Source of the DNA: Ginglymostoma cirratum
Lineage: Eukaryota
Reading direction: 5' to 3'
Assembly: GCA_024137785.1 (NCBI GenBank)
Contig: JAHRHZ010000086.1
Location: 12,426,131-12,490,130, forward strand
DNA: 64,000 nt
The translations under genes and the position numbers were made by a program. Positions 54,277 to 64,000 of the stretch are shown here, in pieces. The stretch's first letter is position 1. Each line of letters starts with the position of its first letter. Below the pieces are notes generated by a model, which was not told where the DNA came from, did no database searches, and worked only from the letters and a program-made list of their open reading frames with translations.

Positions 54277-57077
54277 TGTAACAGGGTCAGACATAGAATA
54301 TGAGTTCCCTGATTGGACCAGATTGGCCAGACGGGCCAGACACAATCAGGGAGCTCTGGCTGACAAATAAAAACAAGACTGTCAGATATCCTGTTCACTC
54401 TCAGATCTGGCTCTGAGGAAGCTGGATGAGTGTCAAGGACTTTGCCCATGTAAATAAAGCGAGACTCAGTTATGGGATACCGGCGTCTGTAGAGTTATTT
54501 CAGTGGCAACAAGAATAGGGATTAATGATGTAACTATGCAAAAGTGCCTATTGGCTGAAACCCAACTGGACCTCAAACAGGCACCACAACTGGCTTTGGC
54601 AATGGAATATGCAGCAGGTGGGGCATATGAGCTGCAGGGCATTCCAATGGAAGTGGACACCCTCACCAGTGCGACTGAGCTACAGGAGCTCCACTTGAAT
54701 GAAGGCAATTGCATAGCCTCACTCAGAACATATCCTAAACAGAGGGACTCCAGTCAGCCCACAGTAAAACACCGAATCAAAGCTAAGTCTCTGCCAATTG
54801 GTTAAAATTTCTTTCAGAATCTGGGCCAGCAAGTCACTGAAGTTGCAGCCAGCATGCAGACTTGACAGTGAAAGAGTCACACAGGACCTAAACTGAGTGA
54901 GAGAACTCAAAGGCCAGTATCCAGGAAAGTGCACACTCTGGAAAGTCCTTCCACATCTGGTTTGAACAGTTAAATTGCTTAGCAACATCTAAATCAGAAC
55001 CAATCAAAATAAATGTCTTGTTGAATGATCACCCAGTTCCAATGGAGGTGTATCCTGCATGGCTATTTCAGTGATTGCAGAACCAGTCTTTAACAAAATT
55101 CACTCTGGACTCCAGCCCTTAAGTTTGCGCAAAAGCTTGGCTAGACTGAGAACTTATACCAGGAAACCTTTACAGAATAAGAGTACAACTTCGGTCCCAG
55201 TCTCTTATGAAAAGCAGCTGGGTCAGTTACCATTGAAAGTAGCCAAAGGCTCGGACCCAAGCTTGATGGGCTGAAATTGGTTGAGAAAGATTCACCTTGA
55301 TTGGCTCAACATTTTTCAATTAGAAAAGTGAGTGGAATCCTAATTAAATACTCGGAGGTTTATTAGGAAGGTCCAGGGACGACCAAAGGGGCCAAGGTCA
55401 CCTTGCACATTGATCAGGAAGTAAGTCCACAATTCTTGCAAGGCCTGCCCAGTGCCATTTGCCTTATGGGCAAAAGTAAAGGCAGAAATCATAAGGCTTG
55501 AAGTGAAGGAATCTTCAAACTAGTCGAGTTTGCAGAATGGGCAGCACCAGTCCTTCTGATTGTGAAGCCTGATGGGTTGGTTTGCCTTTGTGGGGACTTT
55601 AAACGATGGTCAACTGTATTTTGCAGCTGGATAAATACCCAATCCCTCACATAGAGGACTTATACACAAAGCTAGCAGGGGGCCTGTCCTTTAGAAAGCT
55701 GGACACGAGCCATATGTAATGGAATTGCAGTTAGATGAGGATTCCCAAAAGGTATGCTACAAATAATACCCATAGGGGTTTGTATCAATACACAAGACTG
55801 CCAACTAGGGTATCATCAGCATGTGCAATTTTTCAGCAGACAATGAATAATCTTTTACAAGGTCTACCCCAGGTTGCCAGTTGTCTAGATTATGTGCTAA
55901 TAACAGGGAAGACAAATTAGGAGCACTTAGAGAACTTGGATATAGTCCTTAGACACTTCTCCCAGGCAAGCATAAGCCTTGGAAGGGAAACATGCTTGTT
56001 CCAGGGACCCAAAGTGATCTATTTGGACTAAGATTCGACAAGACAGGGTTTCACTCATTGGAAGATAAAGTGACGGCGATCAAAGGTGCCCTGGCTTCCA
56101 TGCCTTTATCAGGGCTTGGGATTTCCCTTGGGCTGGTGAATTATTCTTGAAAGTTCATACATAACCTGGCCTCCATCCTGGCACCTTTGCATCAACTCTT
56201 AAGAGGGGTCACCTTGGAAATGGTCGCATTGTCAATCCATAGCTTTCAGGGAACAGAAGAAACAGCTATCATCCTCTAAGGTATTTGCATACAATGATCC
56301 TAAGCAAGATCTGGTATTGACATGCAATGCCTCCCTGTATGGCATCAGGGTAGTATTAGCTCATATGTGCCCAGTGGAGAGGAATGCCCAATAGTGTAGT
56401 CGTCCAGGACTTTGGCTAATGCAGAGTGTAAATTCGCCCAGTTAAAGAAGGAAGGTTTGGCAGTCATTTTTGGAGTCAGGAAGTTTTACCAATACTTTTG
56501 TGGATGTAATAACAATGGACTACAAATCCCGGCTAGGCCTATCTAAAGAGCACAAAGCAGTGTTGCCCATAGCTTCAGGACAAATTTAATGGTGAACTCG
56601 GAAACTAAGTGTGTGTAAGTACAAGTTGGAACACCATATAGAAGGCCAAGTAGCAAATGCAAATGCATTGAGCCACCTCCCGCCGGCAGATACACCACCA
56701 GTGGTACTGCCGTTAGAGCAGTCCATAATGGTTTTAAATTTTCTGGACACACTTTCAGTCACAGCTGGCAATATCCAACTTTGGATGCAGAAAGATCCAG
56801 TCCGGGTAAAACTGAAAAAGCTAGTGGTGATGGGAGAAACCAAAGAGTCAACACAACCAGAATTGAAACCTTTTTGGTCAGTCAGTTGGACCTCATAGAA
56901 TATGAGTTCCCTAACTGGAGTTGTTAAACTGGTCCAATCAGATAAGACCTGGAGTGTCAGACATCCTGCTCACTCTGAGAGCTGGCTCTGAGGGAACTGG
57001 ATCAGTGTCAAGGTCTCTCTACATGTGAATAAAGGGTGACTTAGTGATGGGGTACCAGCCTCTGTGGAAATATTTCA
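54277..57077 (+). mobile_element. Ty3/Gypsy LTR retrotransposon, internally deleted (most of gag and all of integrase missing)
   Basis: LTRs 54277-54502 and ~56880-57077 share CATAGAATATGAGTTCCC...AATAAAG...TATTTCA; PBS-like TGGCAACAAG at 54504. Confidence 0.9.
54518..56878 (+). pseudogene. Gypsy gag-pol remnant (gag C-terminus, protease, RT, RNase H)
   Basis: GINDVTMQKCLLAE; HPVPMEV; WAAPV..VKPDG..LCGDFK; YPIP; THRGLYQYTRLP; CLDYVLITG; TCNASLYG; ANALSHLP. Confidence 0.9.
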
Positions 57078-58419
57078 GTACAGATGCAGAGATCAGAGAA
57101 GCATGTATCAAATTAAGGTGGTTACAATGGATATTGTAGTTTTCACAGAGGAATAGAGAAATAAAAGAAATCAAGCTGTAACAGCAATAAATTTTTGAAA
57201 AATATTCTTGACTGTTTTCCGCAACAATGGTACAGAAGCCTGCCTGTTCCCACTTCTGGGCATGGAGTGGGTGAGAGTACAGAGTTTCTTTGCAGAGGAA
57301 GAAGGACGAATCTTCAGAAAGAAAGTGTTCACATTGATATTCGCCTGGAAGCAGAAATAGCACTGGCCACATGGTTAGAAACTTTGGTTTTCACCTTAGA
57401 CTACCACCTGAGATGTAGTATTGTTATTACTATCTTCTGCAGACTGCTGACAAAAATCCGCTGCTGTGGTTAATAATGAACTCCTTGGGTACCACCATCA
57501 GCATCTGCCAAATTTGTGAGACATCTGTTCTTGTTTCAGTTGTTTTTGCTGTGTGCTTTGAATCATCCTTTATGGAAAAGGAATCACAGTTGTAACACTT
57601 TGCTTGCTGCTTTCTCAATAGCATTCTCAATGAATGAACAGCGGGAAGACAGATAACTTTTGCTGTGTTCTCCATGGTACCATTACTTTAAATGGAAGAC
57701 AAAGCTGATTGCCATCTCTATCCCAGTCACAACAACAAAAAAAGAGAGTTAAGAAACAAGTTCTTACAAATCCAGAAAATCATCTTTAGCTCCCATCCCA
57801 ATAAATCAGAACAAGTGTCTGAGATACAGCCTAAACGCCTTGCCCACATTCTCCTACACCTCGTTTCTACAGAGCTCAACATTTATTCCCTTCTTGAAAA
57901 TCCATTAATAAACATGGACCATATTAAAAAAAGCTTTGATGCCTGAATTTGTTATTTCCATGCATTAGCTCTGCTCCACCAGCTTACAAACACAGCCAAG
58001 CAGAAAGTCCTACTTAACTGAAACCTGTATTTAGAAAGAGCTTGCAAAGGTCTCCTGATGTTATCTACTTCAACACTAACGCATACAGAACAATATGTCC
58101 CAGGTTCAGTTCCCTAGTTTACTGTATTGAATTGAATTAAGTTTGCTGCAATTGACCTCAGCTAATATTGAAATTCAGGCTGTTTAAGAGTGTAATCTCA
58201 AACCTAGGAAATCTGGTGAATTAATGGGTGCTTTAATTTCAACCTCTACTGTAGTTATTCAAGGAAAATCATTAATGCCAACACAAAATCCTTCAAATAT
58301 AACATAGCAAAAGATTTCAAAGTTTTATTTCAAGTTGTATACATTTCCTTAACATGCTTGATGAGAGAAACTGAATCAAAAGTAAGCATAACGGCTTTAA
58401 GCTTTGTATTGGAGTAAAT

Positions 58420-58840
58420 ACAACAACTTGCATTTATATAATGCCATTAACATAATAAAATGTGCCCAGGAGCATAACAAAATTTGATTCCTATTTGCAT
58501 AAACAGTTTAGATTATGTAATCAAAACCTTGGTCAAAGAACTTTCTTCAGCATTGACTTAAGAAATGCAGAGAGAATTCAGGAGAGAATTCTAGGGCTAA
58601 AGACTGTGACAGCTGAAGGGATAGCAGCCATAAATGAAAGAGAGTGGGGATGCACAAGAGGTTATCATTGATGGAGTGCAAAAGAGACAGATAGTTGTAT
58701 TGTTACAGGGGATTACAGAGATATTGATGGACATTGGAGGAATTTAAAATAATCTTTTTTCTTGGACCAAGAGTAAATCCATGGATTGGAGTAATGAGTT
58801 AATGAGTCAGCATGGAAATTAGGATAGCTGACTGCATAGT
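58420..58840 (-). mobile_element. L2 LINE 3' fragment
   Basis: ACAACAACTTGCATTTATAT..., GGAGAGAATTCTAG, GGGATTACAGAGATA, AATTTAAAA. Confidence 0.65.
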
Positions 58841-59164
58841 TTGGCATTGGCACTGAACTTCCAAATTTTTCACTGGAGAAAATTTCAGCTGATCCAGCAT
58901 GGATGTCTCACAACAAAAAGAGATCACTGTTGATTACAGATAACACAGAGTGGAGCTGGAGGAACACAGCAGGCCTGGCAGCATCAGAGGAGCAGGAAAG
59001 TTGACGTTCCGGGTCGGGACCCTACTTCAGAAATGGGAAGGGGGAAGGGAGCTGGGAAATAAATGGAGAGAGGAGGGGTGGGGCTGGGGAAGGTCATAGG
59101 TGGGGAGTGGTGGGGATTGGTCAGTGGGATGGATAGGTGCAAGAGAAGATGGACAGGTTCGCAG

Positions 59165-59472
59165 ATCATAGAATCCCTACAGCGTGGAAACAGGCCCTTT
59201 GGCCCAATACATCCACACCGACTCTCAGAACATCCCACCCAGACCCAACCCCCTAATCTTCACCTCCCTGAACACTTTGGGCAATTTAGCATGGCCAATC
59301 CACTTAGCAGCACATCTTTGGACTGTGGGAGGAAACCAGAGTGCCCAGATGAAACCCACACAGACAGAGGGAGAATGTACAAACTCCACATAGACAGTTG
59401 TTCAAGGGTGGAATTGAACCGGGGTTCCTGGTGCTGTGAGGCAACAGTGCTAACCACCAAAGCCACCATGCC
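59165..59472 (-). mobile_element. HE1-like V-SINE nested in the PLE
   Basis: Reverse complement GGCATGGTGGCT..GTGGTTAGCACTG (A box), GGTTCAATTCC (B box), V domain GTGTGGGTTTC..TTTCCTCCCACAGTCCAAAGA, CR1 tail. Confidence 0.9.
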
Positions 59473-59575
59473 GACCTGGTTGCATTGGGCCAAGGAGGCA
59501 GGAGGGAGGATGGGTGGGGCTGGGGAAAGGTAGGTGGGATGGTGATAGGTTAGATGCAGATAGGGGGTAGTGGGC

Positions 59576-59697
59576 TAACAAGGTGTAGAGCTGGATGAAT
59601 ACAGCAGGCCAAGCAGCATCGTAGGAGCAGAAAAGCTTTCCCACTCCTACGATGCTGCTTGGCCTGCTGTGTTCATCCAGCTCTACACCTTGTTATC
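59576..59697. repeat. PLE-derived near-perfect palindrome (52-bp arms, 16-nt loop)
   Basis: 59576-59627 is the reverse complement of 59644-59695 with one mismatch. Confidence 0.92.
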
Positions 59698-60760
59698 ATG
59701 AAATATGAGGTGTTGCTCCTCCAGTTTGCATGTGGTGTCATTGTGGCACTGGAGGAGGCCCAGGATGGACATGTCACCCAGGGAGTGGGAGGGGGAGTTA
59801 AAATGGTTGGCGACTGGAAGGTGTTGTCGCTTGTCGCGTACATAGCATAGATGTTCCTCAAAACGGTCTCCGAGTCAACATTTAGTCTCACCAATGTAGA
59901 GGAGGCCACATCGGGAGCAACAGATACAGTAGATCAAGTTGGAGGATGTACAGGGGAACCCTTGTCGGATATGAAAGATTTGCTTTGGGCCTTGGATGGA
60001 GGTGAGGGGGGAGGTATGGGGGCCGGGGTAGCACTTCCTACGAGTTGTAGGGAAAGGTGCTGGCTGTGGTGGGGTTAGTGGGGAGTGTGGAGTGGACAAA
60101 GGAGTGCAGAGTGAATGGTCCCTACGAAAAGCAAATACGGGTGAGGAGGAAAATATCTCTTTGGTGGTGGGGTCGGATTGTAGGTGTTAGAAGTGGCAGA
60201 GAATGATACACCGTATGCGGAGTTTGGTGGGGTGGTATGTGAGGACAAGGGGGATTCTGTCTTTATTTTTGTTGGGGGGAGGGTGTTTGAGGGCAGAAAT
60301 GCAGGAAATTTCTCTGATTCCAGCATCTGCAGTTCTGGCTGTCTCACTGTTGTTTATATGATTGATTATATAAAGTAATATAGCCCATTCCAAATGATTT
60401 AATTGTTCAAACTGAATCCAAAACCAATCTTAATGTGTAAAAAATAAATTCCCATTTAATCCTTTCGTACACCAGTGATTCATGATGGCATAGCATTCAA
60501 ATGTGTAATTCTAACACAATTCTAATCCATAAGATGGCATGTTCCACGTTTATTCACCCATCGCCAGGGTACAGTGAACATATGAAATCAGAAAAATAAA
60601 CAAAAGATGAAGAACCTGATTCTGCAATACTGAATGTTTTCAGCAACTGCATGTTCCTGATGCCAGGGAAGAAGGAGACTTTTTACAGCAGGACCCTCCC
60701 ATGTTCATAGGTCTACTGATGTGCCCAACATCTAGCAAATAAAAGTGGCTCAAAGAAGGA

Positions 60761-60911
60761 GAGATAACAAGAACTGAAGATGCTGGAATCAGATAACACA
60801 GTGTGGAGTTGGAGGAACACAGGACCTTTTCCCAACCTGAAATGTCAAACTTTCCTGTTCCTCTGATGTTGCCTGGCCTGCTGTGTTCCTCCAGCTCCAC
60901 ACTGTGTTATC
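60761..60911. mobile_element. Short Neptune inverted composite
   Basis: Direct repeat TCAAAGAAGGAGAGA at 60750-60764 and 60910-60924; tail on the minus arm only. Confidence 0.88.
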
Positions 60912-61804
60912 AAAGAAGGAGAGAATGCACTGGTAACAGAAAGCTTACAGTGGCACAGCAGAAATGTGTAGGCAATACCTTGCCTTCAACGCCGAAGTGT
61001 GGGAAATCCAACTGCAAGTATTGAAGATAATTAGCATCTCATTGGTACAGTAGCTGGGATCAACTAACTCAGCTTTAGGGATCAAATACAAAACATTCTG
61101 TGCCACATGGCAGGTTGTAACAGAGAAAGGTGGTGCATTTGACCAAAGAAGGGCTCAGACCTGAAACACTAATTTGTCTATAGTCAGACATATGTCCAAC
61201 ATTTTCTCTCTATTCATAATAGTGACATTTTCAGAATTTGCATTTGTATTCAAAGAAAAATATGACTGCAAACAGTTGTCTATGTACATCACTAATGCAA
61301 GCAGACTTTTATAATTTTGTAACTTCCATATTGTAATTACCTGCATCTTCTCCGGTACCAATTGTCATGGCAGGTGAGGGATATGGCGAGGTGACAGTTC
61401 CCAATTTGTTACGATTCCAGATGGGATATTCCTAAATGGTTATACACTTGAAGGAATTGGCTTCCTTTCTTTATTCAATTCCTCCAGTGATTGATCACAA
61501 CAAAATCAATGTAAAAAAGATCCTTGTCACTCGTGCATGCCTACCCAAATATATTTATTTTTGAAAGGAGCCAATGTAACTGGGCTAACTTGAGTTAAAG
61601 CACGAATAAGTTTATTCACCATTACCATGCAAGAAAAGATAATAAAACACAATAAAAATCCTCAGGTTACAGATGAAAGACGAATGCATAAGTAAAAGTA
61701 CAGAAAATACAAATCAGTCTTTGGTTTATCCATGACGAATAGAACATGAAATGTTGAGGACTTTAAGGTGGATAATTCTGAAAGTACCGACTTCAACAGT
61801 TGAG

Positions 61805-62130
61805 TAAAACAAAACAAAGAAATGCGAATGATGGAAATCTGAAACGAAAACAGAAATTTCTGAAGAAACCCAGCTGCTCCGACAGCAACTAGAACATAGA
61901 ATAGTACAGCACAGGAACCATGTCCGTGCTGCCCATGATGCCATTCTAAACTAATCCCATTTGCCTGCATATGGTCTGTATCTCTCTATTCCCTGCCTGT
62001 TCATGTATCTGCCTAAATGTCTCTTAATCTAAGGATTAAGATATTGTATCTGCTTCTAGAGAAGATTCATTGCTTTCTTTCCACAGATGCTGCCGAACCT
62101 GCTGATTTTCTCCAGCAATTTCTGTTTCTG
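61805..62130. mobile_element. PLE family-2 inverted composite interrupted by a CR1 3' fragment (61891-62057, minus)
   Basis: TSD ACAGTTGAG at 61796-61804 and 62131-62139; AGAACATAGAATAGTACAGCACAGG CR1 tail. Confidence 0.75.
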
Positions 62131-62235
62131 ACAGTTGAGCGGTTGTGGCTCTACAGTTAGCTGACAAGAGTTTGTCCAGCTTACTTCAATAGTGGCCATG
62201 CTGGTTTGACTTGCTTTTCAGCAGTGAGAAACATT

Positions 62236-62913
62236 AGGCCGAATTTTATGGTATTCTGGTTAAGTATGAGTTGCCTTGAGTTACTAGGAGGGATTTCCAC
62301 TGAGAGAGGTGCAAGAGTTTTTGCCACATCTTATAAATTTGCCTCATTAAGTACCTGCCCCACCCCATGGCATCCATCATGTCTGATTCCAGCTCCATCT
62401 TACCACACACCGTTATCAGAACAACTCGTCACACAGGTGCTATCAGCCAAAAGGCCAGCTTCCCTTGAGTCTGCGCCATCTTTTAAACTCAATGAGCATT
62501 TGTATTCCGAAACTATCCTGTTCAGTCAAGAATGTTTCCAGAAGATGTCAGAGAGGGGATAGATGGCTCAAGAATTCTCCGACAGGGGTCTGGCGGTCCT
62601 GGCTGAGCGAGTGGTGCAAAGCAGAGGGTTCCTCTTCCTGGAGGACCAGCAGAACAGGCTGCTTCACCAGACCCTGTAAGCCTGGTCTGGGGTCGACACC
62701 CAGGACCATTTCTGCTTCATCAGGGCAAGTGTCACACTCTACTACTTCACACTCACTCCATCTCTGTGACTGCACCCACCTTCCACTAAGGCTCTGCCAC
62801 TCTCCACTGTCACCCACATTCCCCTTTAAATTAACCCAGCAGTATTTTCTGTTGCGGTCCATAACACTTTCTGTGTAGTTCAATTGTTTATCTGTGTTCC
62901 AGGAAATTCAGCT
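62236..62913 (+). mobile_element. PIF/Harbinger remnant with Myb-like ORF start
   Basis: GGCCGAATTTT...GAAATTCAGC termini; EFSDRGLAVLAERVVQSRGFLF...AWSGV at ~62545-62700. Confidence 0.55.
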
Positions 62914-63889
62914 AGGCGCAAAATCTTGTTAATTGCCTGGTTACTGTTATTCTACAGAAACAAATATTTTGATATCATATGTCTTTACACCAGTACTCAT
63001 TTCATCATGATAACTAAGATTTCAGCATAATCATCCTCTCTGGGGTAGGAACAGCAAGTAGCAGAGGGCAGTCACGCTAGCAATGACCTTCACAGCAATA
63101 GATAATAGGTACAATCAAAGCAAATGATTCTATATCAGTCTGTAATCAATGGCATGCATCAGCAGGAGTGCACTATTCAGTTTAAAAGAAGGGAGACAGC
63201 AATGCAATAATTAAAACCAAGTGATTTCCTTTTTCCTTCAATTTATGCTCTACCATCATGTGCCCCTCCCTCCCCACACTCCCTAAATGCTTAAATTCTC
63301 CCAGTTTCTGCTGCAGATGCCGAGTCCCTTATTGGGTAGCATTCCATGACAAGGACTCATCCTACAACACCTCATCTGAGGGGCTGTTATTCAAGCATGG
63401 GTTTTGATAGTGAATGCCAGTGTGACTCCAAGAGAAATCAATGACACAGAGAGGGATGAGTGACGAGAGATGACAGAGTGAAGAGTTGCTCTTTAAATCT
63501 TAATTTTAACTTGGTGAGAACCCAGGTGAACTGGTGTAACTAATACTCAAACTAAACATGTCCCACCATTCTATTGGTAGGCCCAAGGCTCCATTCCATC
63601 AGGCTGTCCAAACATTCAACTTATTTTCATTTATTTTCTTTTTCATATTGTCACACGACCAGTTTCACACAAAAGCTCAAAATTGGGCATTTTCCATTGA
63701 AGTCCCGAGCAAGATTGTTGAAAACAACATTGTCATTGGAGTTTTAAAGTTAACAAAGCCTGCGGATCATGTTGTCCAGACCAAGAAATCAGTTATTTGG
63801 AAGAAGTTAGGCAACACTTTTACAAATCAGTTATATGGTAAACAGATTGAATTATATCAAATGAGGAAGCATATAGATTTATAATGAGA

Positions 63890-64000
63890 CAAGCAATTTT
63901 GTCTTTATATTACAACAGTGTCTGCACGTCAAAAGCACTGCATTGGCTGTGAAGCGTTGTGGAATGTCCTGAGGATACAGACAGGATCTTGATTACAATA
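63890..64000 (-). mobile_element. SINE/L2-type tail region
   Basis: ACAACAGTG...CATTGGCTGTGAAGCGTTGTGGAATGTCCTGAGG resembles the Deu-SINE 3' end; strand uncertain (motif reads on plus). Confidence 0.35.

Larger units (their letters stand above)
58939..60345 (-). mobile_element. Neptune PLE composite: long tail-less minus arm plus a tail-only plus arm (60311-60345)
   Basis: LIYCICCSRCGLLYIGETK, RIPLVLTYHP; TSD TCACTGTTG[A/T]TTA[C/T]A at 58924-58938 and 60344-60358. Confidence 0.88.

Noticed and set aside
59400-59472. tRNA gene
   Set aside because: A and B boxes belong to the SINE head; no complete cloverleaf.
1-64000. Prokaryotic systems (CRISPR array, operons, retron)
   Set aside because: No regularly spaced repeats or dense coding; all RTs are eukaryotic PLE, LINE or Gypsy types.

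Overview
Eukaryotic, AT-rich, repeat-dense vertebrate DNA. The repeat families (HE1-like V-SINE, Deu-domain SINE, CR1/L2 LINEs, Neptune-type Penelope elements) point to a cartilaginous fish, probably a carpet shark (inference from recalled family sequences). I could not support any host protein-coding exon, so the window looks intronic or intergenic; nearly all ORFs in the track are transposon remnants or noise. It holds many Penelope-like element (PLE) insertions from at least three families, including a young Neptune copy with an unbroken RT frame (24351-25411) that runs into a 400-N gap. It also holds an internally deleted Gypsy element, solo LTRs, many CR1/L2 fragments, SINEs, Harbinger remnants and a hAT-like TIR element. 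The most notable system is the PLEs. All three families carry a minimal hammerhead ribozyme motif (CTGANGA-stem-GAAAC-GTH) near the 3' end. They insert as inverted two-arm composites bounded by 9-16 bp target-site duplications (TSDs), and in every TSD-bounded composite exactly one arm carries a ~30-38 nt tail, often with microhomology to the target. Repeat boundaries were read by eye and are approximate unless a TSD is quoted.
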